Below, in pieces: positions 1 to 9,235 of a stretch of 32,000 nt of DNA. The translations under genes were made by a program, and so were the position numbers. Each line of letters starts with the position of its first letter. Within the stretch, counting starts at the first letter, position 1. The notes beneath the pieces are model-generated. The model saw nothing but the letters and a program-made list of their open reading frames with translations, made no database searches and was not told the DNA's origin. Origin of the DNA: Nostoc punctiforme PCC 73102 (GTDB lineage Bacteria > Cyanobacteriota > Cyanobacteriia > Cyanobacteriales > Nostocaceae); the NCBI RefSeq assembly GCF_000020025.1, contig NC_010628.1:6930001-6962000 (forward strand). Direction: 5' to 3'.

Positions 1-542
1 TCGAAACCGCCAATTTCTTCTAGGAAACTGCGGCGGATGGAGTAATTTAAGCCTCTGGGTGTTAAGCCCGGTTGCTCGATGTAGATGTTACTGTCACCCA
101 AGTCGTATGCACCCAGATTTGCAGCCAGCCCTGGAGATAGCCACCGTGGTTGTTCAATTCCTGGGGGCCATAAGAGAGTGACTTTGCCACCTGCGATCGC
201 TAGTTTAGAATTATTGTAATAGGCAAAATATAAAACTTGTAGCCAGCCAGGGCTAGCAACAGCATCGTCATCTAGATAAGCGAGAATATCACCACTAGCT
301 ACTTTTGCACCTGTGTTGCGGGCGACAGATAAACCGATAGTGGGTTCAAATACATACTTCAGGCGCGGATTGTGGGCCCTTTGTTCTACAACCTCACGGG
401 TGCGATCGCTAGAGCCATTATCAACTACCACAATTTCAAAGTCAGCAGCAAAATCCTGCGCTAAAAGACTATCAATTGCAGCCCCTAAATAGGTATCTCG
501 ATTGTGGGTACAGATAATGGCAGAGATTTGGGTGTCTGGCAT
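1..542 (-). CDS. Glycosyltransferase family 2 (GT-A fold), N-terminal part; the C-terminus lies beyond the window edge
   Basis: Absent from the ORF track because it runs off the window. The reverse complement of 481-542 reads MPDTQISAIICTHNRDTYLGA. The reverse complement of 241-299 reads ASGDILAYLDDDAVASPGW in the same frame (DxD-type motif). This is a typical GT2 N-terminal half. Confidence 0.85.
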   Translation of the reverse strand, partial: MPDTQISAIICTHNRDTYLGAAIDSLLAQDFAADFEIVVVDNGSSDRTREVVEQRAHNPRLKYVFEPTIGLSVARNTGAKVASGDILAYLDDDAVASPGWLQVLYFAYYNNSKLAIAGGKVTLLWPPGIEQPRWLSPGLAANLGAYDLGDSNIYIEQPGLTPRGLNYSIRRSFLEEIGGF

Positions 543-700
543 AGATTTTATTTTGGATTTGAGATATGGGACTTCGGCTCCGCTCAGTCGAACGATTTTA
601 GATAAAAATCTTAAATCCAACGCACACCTGCTGAGAGTTAATCTAAACCAAAAATTACCGACCCACCAACCGAGTTTCTTCGGAAATAATCTTTAAAACT

Positions 701-1510
701 TCATGTTTGTTGAATATGACTGTGTAAAACTACAAGTGTTTGGGCCAGTTGACTCAGGCGGGTTTCTAAAGATTGCTTGCGCCCCAACAGTTGACGTAAC
801 TTTTGGTAACGTGCGATCGCCATACTAACATTGGGAACCTGATCTGCTGGACATGGGCGCGACCAGACTTTACCAGCATCGTCTACACCACAGAGGCGGT
901 AGCCAGTAATCGATGATTTATAAGATACTTTCCCACCAGTAGCACAAATTTCTTCTACGTAGTTCATCAGGCGGTCAACTTCTGCATGGCGTAGTGTTGC
1001 GGTTCCTCCCAGTTCTGGTTCGCTGGGATTGGATTCTAACCAGCCATTAACAATTGGCCCTTCTAAGTAAATATCCTGAATTTGGTTCAAAATATTTTGC
1101 AGTTCTATTTGCCAACCAGCGACGGTTTCCTGAATTTCTTGTAATAGATTCATCGCCAATGCTGGATTCGCTCCGTGGCGATGGTTACTAAAACTCGGAG
1201 TTTTTAACTTGGGTAGGCTGGGTGTTTTGCCACCATTCTCTTCTGCTTGAAAGGTCTGCACAGAGTCATGGTGAGGAAAGAAATTCTGTTCAAGAGGATA
1301 ATCACTCTCAGTATTTACACCCAATTCAACTGTTTGTTCTTGCTGAGATGATGAAGTTTGTGTACTTTCTGTGGATTCGTTGGCTCCGACACTGATTCTA
1401 AAGGAAAAAGGCCGTTTTGTTTTCGAATCAGTTGTTTCGGCGGCAGGGGCAGTGCCGCGATTCCCTAAATCGTGTAGAGTTGCTTCTATGCGTTTTAAGC
1501 CTGCGTTCAT
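701..1510 (-). CDS. Hypothetical protein with a Ser/Thr/Gln-rich N-terminal half and a structured C-terminal half
   Basis: 269-aa ORF on the same strand and immediately upstream of the GT2 gene. I recognise no catalytic motif. It contains a HIP1 site and has host-like composition. Confidence 0.65.
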   Translation of the reverse strand: MNAGLKRIEATLHDLGNRGTAPAAETTDSKTKRPFSFRISVGANESTESTQTSSSQQEQTVELGVNTESDYPLEQNFFPHHDSVQTFQAEENGGKTPSLPKLKTPSFSNHRHGANPALAMNLLQEIQETVAGWQIELQNILNQIQDIYLEGPIVNGWLESNPSEPELGGTATLRHAEVDRLMNYVEEICATGGKVSYKSSITGYRLCGVDDAGKVWSRPCPADQVPNVSMAIARYQKLRQLLGRKQSLETRLSQLAQTLVVLHSHIQQT

Positions 1511-1543
1511 AAAGACATCCTAAATTTTGCTGTCCCCAATGGT

Positions 1544-1728
1544 GTTGAAGAAGAGGCAGGGGGGCAGAGAGCAGGGGGATAATTCAGATGGGGATTCGAC
1601 CCAATAGAACTAGAACCACACTTGGTTGTTGTGGGGGAATCAGACCCATGTTCTGCTTCGCTCCACAGCAGAGAGCAGGGATCATTTCCCCTTGCTCCTT
1701 TTCCCCCTGCCCCCTGCCTCTTGTTGAA
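1544..1728. repeat. Imperfect inverted repeat (G-rich arm and C-rich arm) enclosing ~107 bp; an STRR/REP-like intergenic element
   Basis: The left arm gttgaagaagaggcaggggggcagagagcaggggga (1544-1579) is largely complementary to the right arm tccccttgctccttttccccctgccccctgcctcttgttgaa (1687-1728). The same arm sequences recur at 3051-3160. Confidence 0.6.
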
Positions 1729-2001
1729 TCATTAAGAATGGGGTTGTTGGGATTTTCGGCTTTTGCCAGTTGTGACATCAATGATGTTGGTGCTAATTTT
1801 ATCCCTTAAAAGTTATTTGAAACCAAAAATCTCGCTGATGAAGTAAAAATTATGGTGATAAATTGCAACCGTAAGCATATTCTTGTTGAAGAAGGCAGAA
1901 TTCTGAATTCTGAACAAGAAAGTTCGCGGAGCGTGCTGGAGGCATTATTCTGGCTCCTGATTTCTGAATTCTAGTTTTGTTACAATACTCAAAAAACAAC
2001 T

Positions 2002-2577
2002 TTGGGTAAAATCATCTTAGTAACAGGGCCAGCACGCTCTGGTAAAAGTGAATGGGCGGAAACTCTGGCTATGGAGTCAGGGAAAGCAGTTGTCTACGTA
2101 GCAACAGCGACCGATAACACAGATGACCAAGAATGGCATCAACGCATTTTAGAACACCAACAACGCCGTCCTCAAGATTGGGTAACTCTATCTGTACCTA
2201 TAGAACTGTCTGCTACCCTTGCCGATGCCAAACCCTATACCTGCCTTTTAGTAGATTCTTTAGGAACTTGGGTTGCTAATCTCTTAGAGGAGGACGAATC
2301 TAGCTGGGAAAATATTGTTGTAGAGTTATTAGAGACAGTGGAGTTAGTTGCTGCTGATGTGCTGTTTGTAGCAGAAGAGGTAGGTTGGGGTGTGGTACCA
2401 GCTTATCCCCTTGGAAGGATGTTCCGCGATCGCTTGGGTTCTTTAGTGCGCCAACTAGCTGCCCTTAGTGAAACTGTTTATTTAGTAACTGGTGGTCATG
2501 TTCTCAATCTTAGTGTCCTTGGTTCGCCATTGCCAACCAAAGAGGATACTGGAGTATTCAGAAGTCAAGATTCTTAA
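2002..2577 (+). CDS. cobU: Adenosylcobinamide kinase / adenosylcobinamide-phosphate guanylyltransferase
   Basis: 191-aa ORF with a TTG start. It has the P-loop GPARSGKS near the N-terminus (KIILVTGPARSGKSEWAE) and the length and layout typical of CobU/CobP. Confidence 0.88.
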   Translation: MGKIILVTGPARSGKSEWAETLAMESGKAVVYVATATDNTDDQEWHQRILEHQQRRPQDWVTLSVPIELSATLADAKPYTCLLVDSLGTWVANLLEEDESSWENIVVELLETVELVAADVLFVAEEVGWGVVPAYPLGRMFRDRLGSLVRQLAALSETVYLVTGGHVLNLSVLGSPLPTKEDTGVFRSQDS

Positions 2578-2622
2578 CTATTGATTCAAATTAATCCAAA
2601 ATCTAAAATCTAAAATTGTCTT

Positions 2623-3042
2623 ATGGCAACCAAACAAGAAGTTAGAGGATACCTTGCCTACTGGTTTCAGTTGGGTAAGAAAGTGATTACGAGCAACGGC
2701 AAGGCAAGCATTTTGCCCAAATCGGTGCTAAATGGCGATCGCTATAGTGAAGAATTTGAAGAGTGCTGGCAGAAAATTATTGCGCCTGAATCAGGTGATT
2801 GTCATTTAGAGGGTACGCAAGAAACCATTGCTGAATTGTTGACACCAACATGGGATATGGTTCCTTGTGGTCGTTGCAGTATGCCAGTAGCCGCGCGAAA
2901 TGTGGGGATGCCGGCATTGTTATGTCCCTGTAATAGTTTACCTAACTGGCCTAATACAGAACTACCAGCACCACGAGAGCCAATTAAGACTCAAGACCAA
3001 CTTAAAACAATTCGCGATCGGCTTGTAGATAATATTGCTTAA
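2623..3042 (+). CDS. Hypothetical Cys-containing protein (CGRC ... CPC pattern), possibly co-transcribed with cobU
   Basis: 139-aa ORF with an ATG start, 45 nt downstream of cobU on the same strand. It contains HIP1 sites. No motif recognised. Confidence 0.65.
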   Translation: MATKQEVRGYLAYWFQLGKKVITSNGKASILPKSVLNGDRYSEEFEECWQKIIAPESGDCHLEGTQETIAELLTPTWDMVPCGRCSMPVAARNVGMPALLCPCNSLPNWPNTELPAPREPIKTQDQLKTIRDRLVDNIA

Positions 3043-3050
3043 AAATAAGC

Positions 3051-3160
3051 AAGGGGGCAGAGAGTAGGGGGACAAGGGGGACAAGTCTTCTCCATCTTCC
3101 CTATCTCTTCTTTATGCCCAATTCCCAATGTCTCATTACCCCTGCCTCTTCGTTGAAGAA
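3051..3160. repeat. Second copy of the G-rich/C-rich STRR-like element family
   Basis: agggggcagagagtagggggacaagggggacaag (3051-3085) and cccctgcctcttcgttgaagaa (3139-3160) match the arms at 1558-1579 and 1710-1728 in the same orientation. Confidence 0.55.
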
Positions 3161-3274
3161 TCCAGAATCCAGCAATCTTTGAGTGGGGAATTCAAACCCG
3201 CCACTAAATTCTAGACTGCCAAATCTTAAGATTATAGAGAAATTGGATAATGGATTTATTGGAAATCCCTTAGT

Positions 3275-3994
3275 TCACTTTGGTGGTACAGAATTTGGTG
3301 TTGGACAAGTTTTATTAGCAAAATCACACTGATAAATATAAGGTTCTTGCCAACTTAAGGGAATTTCTAATAAATCTCGCGTTCCTGTCATACCTTGTCC
3401 AATAAATAGCAACAAAGCAATGCAGTTTAAAATCGTATGGACGATTCGCCAGCGATTGGATTTGTCTTGATAAATATCTTGAACAACAGCTAATGAAAAA
3501 ATCATTAGCAGTGCTGCGGTAATACCAATATAATAATGTGACCAATACCACTCATTGGTACGGCGAAATACTCCATCTTGACAGCCTAGTATGACTAAAC
3601 CTGCACCAGTTAAAGTGGCAAAAACCGCCCTCCACGCTCGCTGCTTTGCCCGATAAAGAAATACTAAAGAGGCGATAGTAGCAGCTAATATTAATAGGAT
3701 AAAAACAACTTGAAAAGGTGCTTTATTCCATAATTGATTTTTAATAATATTTTTACCAATAGGGTAGCTTAATCCGATTAAAGTTAATCCGACAACCGCA
3801 CTTGTTAGTCTTTCACCTAATTGCTTATGTTCTACACCCACTACTGGAGGAATTTTGCTCTTACTGCCGGCTAAAATTTGCAATCTGCGTTGGCGTGTTT
3901 GCCAAGCAAAATTAATTACTGTCCCAAGCAGTGGAAACACGAATATGATTGCGATCGCTGGATGTAAAAGACCAAGAAAATCTGCTATTCCCAT
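3275..3994 (-). CDS. Integral membrane protein with about six predicted TM helices; resembles the cyanobacterial/plastid DUF4079 family
   Basis: 239-aa ORF with successive hydrophobic segments (IAIIFVFPLLGTVINF, VVGLTLIGLSY, VVFILLILAATIASLVFLY and others). The family assignment is from memory only. Confidence 0.7.
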   Translation of the reverse strand: MGIADFLGLLHPAIAIIFVFPLLGTVINFAWQTRQRRLQILAGSKSKIPPVVGVEHKQLGERLTSAVVGLTLIGLSYPIGKNIIKNQLWNKAPFQVVFILLILAATIASLVFLYRAKQRAWRAVFATLTGAGLVILGCQDGVFRRTNEWYWSHYYIGITAALLMIFSLAVVQDIYQDKSNRWRIVHTILNCIALLLFIGQGMTGTRDLLEIPLSWQEPYIYQCDFANKTCPTPNSVPPK

Positions 3995-4192
3995 ACAACA
4001 CCTTTAAATTAATCATCAAATTAATCTCAAATGACAATTTAAAGCATCGTAGTACCACTTAAATTAATTTTAGATAAGAATCTGTTGAATATTTGTTTCT
4101 GTTATTTTTAGCTAATTTTAAGCAAGTAAAAATGTAAATGCCTTTTTGAACAATAAGTATCTAAAAACTAAACTTGTCTCATAACCTGATAG

Positions 4193-5866
4193 TCAAAGAT
4201 TGGATAATTTCGCCTTGCGGATAATATCACGTTGGCGTACAATGCGAGGTTTAGCTAATTTCCAAACCGAATAATATTTGTCACTATAAACAATGTCTGT
4301 TTTTAAATTATAGTTTCTTTCTATCGTTTCGCGCCAATTATCTGAAGGATTGAATAAAAAAACATCAGCAAACTTATCAGGGATTTTAGGAATTTTTTGA
4401 TTTTGAACCAATAGAAATTGTACCTTTGGCTCCAAAAGATAGCTCAGAGAAAAGACATTTCCATAATTATTACCCAAAGCATCACTAATCAAAAGTGGGC
4501 GAGTCGTCTGATTGATGATTTGGGCAACTTGGGGATTGCCATAGCTTATGCCCTTATTCCACCAAGTTTCTGATTGGGAATAAACTTTAGAAGAAATTAA
4601 ACCACAAATAATTACTAATCCGACGATCGCATACCAAATATTCTGGCGTGACACGCTCTCATTATATATTTGTGTACCTAGCAAGTAAGCAACAGCTACT
4701 TGAATCCCTAAATAAGATGGTATGAAATCTGGTTCAGATGATTGTATACCCTCAACCATTAAATCTGGTAGTATTAGAGGCAGCGCTGGCACGACAATTA
4801 GTATAATGATAAATAACCAAACTTTATAGTTAGTTGTTTGGCAAAGGAAATAAATTGAATATCCTACAAATATGAAACAAATTAATGTAATTAAATAGTT
4901 AAATTGATTATCTGAACTCAGGTCTAAATCAAAAAATATTCGGCTTAATTGCATCAATAAAAATTCGAATCTAGGCATAAAAAATGACTGTGGTGTTGCC
5001 TTGTCTGCTGAAATCAAAAATTGGAAAAAATCACCTATCACAACCACGAGCCAAGGCATGAAGGCTAAAAAACCTATCAATGATGCTAGAAGATAAGTTC
5101 TGATAGTTGAAGAAAACTGCAATCTGGCAGTAGTAATAACATAAATTCCGTGAGCAACTGCGACAAATGCACTCCAAAGAAATGTATAAAGACTGATTGC
5201 CAAAGTTACTGCATAAATACTCCAGATAGTAAATGTTTCTGGCTGTTGTCGTTGTTTTGCTAGCTGATCTTGATCTTGTGATTCCAGGCGCATTGCTCGC
5301 AGCAAAGAAGCGCTAGATAGTAATATGGTGACTAACCAGAGAATATATTCTTGTGCTTCTTGGGCGTATACTAGTTGAATTGGAGAAATTGCCATAAGTG
5401 CGATCGCTACACCAGGAACCGATAGCGGCGCATTAAATAATTCTCGACATAGCCAATAGACACAAGGGAAAACCAGCAAACTGATTAAAGCAGATAAACT
5501 TCTGATTGCGGTCACCGAATTACCAAAAATTTCCAACCATAATCTGGCTATTATGTAATAAAGCGGTGGATGCAAAGAATCTTCTTTAGCCAAAGTCATG
5601 ATTGTGTCATTTAAGCTTTTTTGATTTACCCCTTGAAACTGAGCAAAACTTTCTTTGCCAATGACACTACCATTAAACAGTTTATTTTGTGCTTCAGTTC
5701 TTGTATAACCAGAAATTCGCAATGAGGTATAGGTTTCATCATGGGAGTAAACCTTGGTATCAAGGTTAAAAAAGCGAAACAATATACCCATCGTCAATAA
5801 GAAAATAATTAAAAATCGCAACCAACTCGGAGCAGATTTGAGGTGGCGCATAAGTAGTTTTCCCAA
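4193..5866 (-). CDS. ArnT/PMT-like membrane glycosyltransferase (GT39/GT83-type, PMT_2-like)
   Basis: 557-aa polytopic membrane ORF. It has the N-terminal loop motif SHDETYTSLR ... HPPLYYIIARLW typical of dolichyl/undecaprenyl-phosphate-sugar dependent glycosyltransferases. Composition is AT-rich. Confidence 0.82.
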   Translation of the reverse strand: MGKLLMRHLKSAPSWLRFLIIFLLTMGILFRFFNLDTKVYSHDETYTSLRISGYTRTEAQNKLFNGSVIGKESFAQFQGVNQKSLNDTIMTLAKEDSLHPPLYYIIARLWLEIFGNSVTAIRSLSALISLLVFPCVYWLCRELFNAPLSVPGVAIALMAISPIQLVYAQEAQEYILWLVTILLSSASLLRAMRLESQDQDQLAKQRQQPETFTIWSIYAVTLAISLYTFLWSAFVAVAHGIYVITTARLQFSSTIRTYLLASLIGFLAFMPWLVVVIGDFFQFLISADKATPQSFFMPRFEFLLMQLSRIFFDLDLSSDNQFNYLITLICFIFVGYSIYFLCQTTNYKVWLFIIILIVVPALPLILPDLMVEGIQSSEPDFIPSYLGIQVAVAYLLGTQIYNESVSRQNIWYAIVGLVIICGLISSKVYSQSETWWNKGISYGNPQVAQIINQTTRPLLISDALGNNYGNVFSLSYLLEPKVQFLLVQNQKIPKIPDKFADVFLFNPSDNWRETIERNYNLKTDIVYSDKYYSVWKLAKPRIVRQRDIIRKAKLSNL

Positions 5867-6001
5867 TATTTTGTCTAAAATAATCCAGTCAGGCGTACTA
5901 CTAGATGAAGTGTCGCAGCTACGCCCATCATCATAATTCGTTATATATATCTAAGTCTGTTCATTACACATCCAAAGGGACGTTAGGACTAAAGATAATT
6001 T

Positions 6002-6796
6002 TTACAATATTTGATAACGCCATCTAGCAAAATCTTTGGTATTAGATATGGTTAAAAAATCAATAGTTTTAAAGTGTCGGTCGATAGCGGGAATACTGCA
6101 TATTTTAGCTCCAATATTCAAGTATGCCTGCAAAATTTTAGGAATTTCCACATTATACGGGTCTGGACAATTTTGAGGCAGTTCTAGACAAGACTGTGAA
6201 TTTGGATAAACCAAAATACTTGGATGCATCAAGCCATTCTGCTGAAAATAATTATACGCGCAAGTAGCGTGCGAAGAAGATTGTGTTAGTAATGATGCAC
6301 AGCCAAAGAAGTATTGACTTTTACTCCAGATAAGATAATTTGCTAGCCCTTTCCATAATAATAAAAGTGCCTGACTGTTGCGGTATTCTTTAGCTATACA
6401 TGCCCGCCCAACTTCCACTGATGCCTGAAGCACAGAATTAGGAATTCCATTAAGATTAAATATATCGGCAGCATCAAAGCCTAGTCTTTGAGAAGCCATT
6501 GTATAGGTTTGCATCCGATAAGTTCCAATGGTTTTACCCGTTTGTTTGGAAATCATGATTAAATGATGGCAAACTGCATCAAACTTATCTATATCCATCT
6601 GAGTAAAGTTAGAAGCAGAAAATCCCAAACCTAGTTCTAGATTAAAAACTTCAAAGCGTAACCGAAAGATTGATTCTAATTCTTCTTCGGTTGAAGCCAG
6701 TCGTAGGGTATATTTTTCAGTTTGAAGTATGGGAAAATCTTCAAAAGAGGGAGGAGGATTCAGTGAGTAATTGATGTTGCATCCAGAAACTTCCAT
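6002..6796 (-). CDS. GNAT-fold N-acyltransferase of the OlsB / N-acyl amino acid synthase type (Acetyltransf_5-like)
   Basis: 264 aa. The blocks RLRFEVFNLELG, DKFDAVCHHLIM, GTYRMQ, VEVGRACIAKEYR, LLLWKGL, FGCASL and PKILQAYLNIGAKICSIPAIDRHFKTIDFL follow the block pattern I associate with OlsB/NAS enzymes. Confidence 0.75.
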   Translation of the reverse strand: MEVSGCNINYSLNPPPSFEDFPILQTEKYTLRLASTEEELESIFRLRFEVFNLELGLGFSASNFTQMDIDKFDAVCHHLIMISKQTGKTIGTYRMQTYTMASQRLGFDAADIFNLNGIPNSVLQASVEVGRACIAKEYRNSQALLLLWKGLANYLIWSKSQYFFGCASLLTQSSSHATCAYNYFQQNGLMHPSILVYPNSQSCLELPQNCPDPYNVEIPKILQAYLNIGAKICSIPAIDRHFKTIDFLTISNTKDFARWRYQIL

Positions 6797-7090
6797 CTAT
6801 CTTCCTACCTAGATTTGCGAAAATATCCTACTATGATTTAGGCACTATACAAATAGCTCACATTATGCATTAATGTGTCGAAGCGTGATTGAGACAGTTT
6901 TCGATAAAATAACCTCTAGAGAGCTTTCTTGCTCTTTTAGATTAGAGGTATAGTGCTTTTATTATGGACATTAATTACTAAAAAATCTGGCAATAAGATA
7001 CAAAATTTTCCTTTGATATAGGCTATAAATATAAGTCAAATAAAAGGACAAGGAGATAGGCTTTTGCCATGAGTCTCAGCAGAATGGGGA

Positions 7091-7116
7091 AAGCCCCTAG
7101 ATGAATCTAGGGGCTT
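7091..7116 (-). terminator. Hairpin downstream of nadK; candidate terminator of the ndh-nadK transcription unit
   Basis: Perfect 10-bp stem aagcccctag / ctaggggctt with a 6-nt loop, 77 nt after the nadK stop. The U-tract on the minus strand is weak (ttcccc). Confidence 0.4.
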
Positions 7117-7192
7117 GGATGGTTTTAGTTGCGATCGCCATAGGCGGGCAGCGCGATCGCAATCTGCGATAGATGCACTCTAAAATACTTAA

Positions 7193-8113
7193 TTAATTAC
7201 GGTGATTATTGTTGTAGTGAACCCTTGTACCAGCCCAAAGCAACTTCTCCCGTAGCGTCTGATAGTAGGAATTGTTCTCGCGCAAAATAATAAATTTAGC
7301 CCGACACTCTGCCATCCGCACATCAACGCGGTGTCCAGGCCAAATAGAAGTCCCTAACACCCCATCTGTCCACAGTTTGGTACTCAAATCGTAATCCCCC
7401 AAAGGCCAAATACTCACCACAGAACCAGGGGGTAAAACGAGGGGGCGACTAGAAAGGCTCATTGCACAAATGGGAGTGATGGTAAGCGCCTCCATACCAT
7501 CGTGCATAATCGGCCCATTAGCAGAAACGGTGTAACCAGTAGAACCTGTGGGAGTCGAAATAATCAACCCATCCCCAACGTACTGATCGACTACCTCACC
7601 ATCGATTTCCATTTCTAGAATTGAGGTTATCATTCGGTCAGCAGAGGCGGGTTTGACACAAAATTCATTCAAAGCTAGGTAACGCTCACTCACTGGTTCT
7701 AAATTAGACCCGTGGCCCTCATACACCGCAGCTTGTAGCATCATCCGTCGTTGGATAGCATAGCGATCCTCAAACAGCCGATCCCAAACTTTCTCTGTAT
7801 CCTGAAACTCTTCCACCGACTCAGTTAAAAACCCCAGATGACCTCCCACATTCACTCCCAGAATAGGGATGCCCGCTGGGGCTAAATGTCTGGCACCAGT
7901 TAAAACAGTACCATCGCCACCGAGTACCAAAGCGAGATCGATTGGTTGAGCCGCCGAAGCCAAAAAGACTGGATAAGGGTTGTCTTTTGGCCCACTCGGC
8001 CCCATCAACACCTGGCACTCGCGGCTTTCTAGTTGTTTAGCACAGATTTCTGCCCATTGTTTACTCCGGGCATCCCGCGCTTTATAAGCAATGATTACCT
8101 GCTTGAGTTGCAC
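7193..8113 (-). CDS. nadK: NAD(+) kinase
   Basis: GGDGT motif (LVLGGDGTVL) and the expected family length. The ORF track starts at TTG 8119. I prefer GTG 8113, which gives MQLKQVIIAYKA, the usual N-terminus. The gene abuts the ndhE stop codon (8120-8122). Confidence 0.92.
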   Translation of the reverse strand: MQLKQVIIAYKARDARSKQWAEICAKQLESRECQVLMGPSGPKDNPYPVFLASAAQPIDLALVLGGDGTVLTGARHLAPAGIPILGVNVGGHLGFLTESVEEFQDTEKVWDRLFEDRYAIQRRMMLQAAVYEGHGSNLEPVSERYLALNEFCVKPASADRMITSILEMEIDGEVVDQYVGDGLIISTPTGSTGYTVSANGPIMHDGMEALTITPICAMSLSSRPLVLPPGSVVSIWPLGDYDLSTKLWTDGVLGTSIWPGHRVDVRMAECRAKFIILRENNSYYQTLREKLLWAGTRVHYNNNHRN

Positions 8114-8119
8114 GCACAA

Positions 8120-8425
8120 TTACCACTTCAGGAGATTAAACTGCTCCATATCGACGGTATCGCGGTTGCGATAAATGGCAAGCACGATCGCTAAACCCAC
8201 CGCCGCCTCGGCCGCGGCCACGGTAATCACAAATACTGTGAAAACCTGACCCTTAATTAATGTTGAGTCGAGGAAGTTGGAAAATGCCATTAAATTCAGA
8301 TTAACAGCATTGAGCAGTAATTCAATTGACATCAGCACCCGCACAGCGTTGCGGCTGGTAATTAAACCGTAGATGCCGATGCAGAATAAAGCTGCTGCTA
8401 GTAATAAAAAGTACTGGAGTTGCAT
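8120..8425 (-). CDS. ndhE: NAD(P)H-quinone oxidoreductase subunit 4L (NDH-1 NdhE / NuoK)
   Basis: 101-aa protein with three TM helices, a conserved [11 protein letters not shown] segment, and ndh operon context. Confidence 0.95.
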   Translation of the reverse strand: MQLQYFLLLAAALFCIGIYGLITSRNAVRVLMSIELLLNAVNLNLMAFSNFLDSTLIKGQVFTVFVITVAAAEAAVGLAIVLAIYRNRDTVDMEQFNLLKW

Positions 8426-8484
8426 GAATTTGGGTATCCCTCCTGAAAAAGCTGGCTGTTTATCTGCGATTCAGGTCGCAAATA

Positions 8485-9099
8485 TTACTCTTTTGTTTCG
8501 CTGGTTGTTGATACTAGTTCTCTGGGGCGTTCTTGTAAAGTCAAAACAGTTTGCCCCACATTGGATCGTGTCAGTTGATCTGGCAAATACTCACGACGTG
8601 CCAAAATAATTGCTCCTACCATTGCTATCAACAGCAAAATGGAAGCCAGTTCAAAAGGTAGTAAAAAGTCAGTGAAAAAATGCTCTCCAATCACAACTAT
8701 TGAGCTTTCACCACCCACTACAGGAGTAGTTGAGTAAGCCCAAGGAGTAGCCAGCACCATTGTACTTAAAAGACCAAACAATCCTACGCTGACTAGACCA
8801 GTAAGTAATTTACGCACCCAAGAGTTGGGAAATGCAACAAAATCCTGACGCTTGTTCACCAACATAATGGCAAACAAAATCAGCACGTTAACCGCCCCAA
8901 CATAAATTAGTATTTGTGCAGCGGCAACAAAATCACCATTTAGCAAGAGGTAGATTCCCGCCATACTGATGAACACACCCCCCAGCATAAAGGCAGAATA
9001 GACAATGCTAGAGAACAGCACCACACCAATGGCTGCCCCAATCATCATCACGCCCAGTATGCCAAGTGATATTAACTGTACTCCTTCTGCTAGATTCAC
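8485..9099 (-). CDS. ndhG: NAD(P)H-quinone oxidoreductase subunit 6 (NdhG / NuoJ)
   Basis: 204-aa membrane protein with a GTG start at 9099, lying between ndhI and ndhE as in cyanobacterial ndhAIGE operons. Confidence 0.93.
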   Translation of the reverse strand: MNLAEGVQLISLGILGVMMIGAAIGVVLFSSIVYSAFMLGGVFISMAGIYLLLNGDFVAAAQILIYVGAVNVLILFAIMLVNKRQDFVAFPNSWVRKLLTGLVSVGLFGLLSTMVLATPWAYSTTPVVGGESSIVVIGEHFFTDFLLPFELASILLLIAMVGAIILARREYLPDQLTRSNVGQTVLTLQERPRELVSTTSETKE

Positions 9100-9114
9100 T
9101 GTTTTTTGTCCTTA

Positions 9115-9235
9115 GTCATTGGTCATTGGTCATTGGTCATTGGTCATTAGTCATTGGTCATTGGTCATTAGTCATTGGTTAAAGAACAAAGGACAAAGGA
9201 CAAAGGACAAATGACAATGGACAAATGACAAATTA
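9115..9235. repeat. STRR heptamer arrays in the ndhI-ndhG spacer: nine (GTCATTG/GTCATTA) units followed by seven (CAAAGGA/CAAATGA) units
   Basis: Direct reading of 9115-9177 and 9187-9235. The first array is a permutation of the known STRR unit TTGGTCA. Confidence 0.9.

Noticed and set aside
502-696. 64-aa plus-strand ORF.
   Set aside because: It overlaps the GT2 start region in antisense and extends into the short intergenic spacer. No motif, and no support.
1590-1660. tRNA-like or tmRNA-like signal (ggggattcgaccc resembles a T-arm).
   Set aside because: The loop register does not give TTCGAAT/TTCRANY in a 7-nt loop closed by a 5-bp stem. I could not build an acceptor or anticodon stem on either strand.
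1800-2001. Cobalamin riboswitch upstream of cobU.
   Set aside because: I looked on both strands of 1511-2001 for a B12 box (GCCACTG-like) with the usual GGTG...AATCC core and did not find one. Only an Infernal/Rfam scan could exclude it formally.
9115-9235. Possible CRISPR array, considered for the tandem arrays here and at 27163-27320.
   Set aside because: The units are 7 nt with no unique spacers, and no cas genes are present. These are the classic STRR heptamers of heterocystous cyanobacteria.
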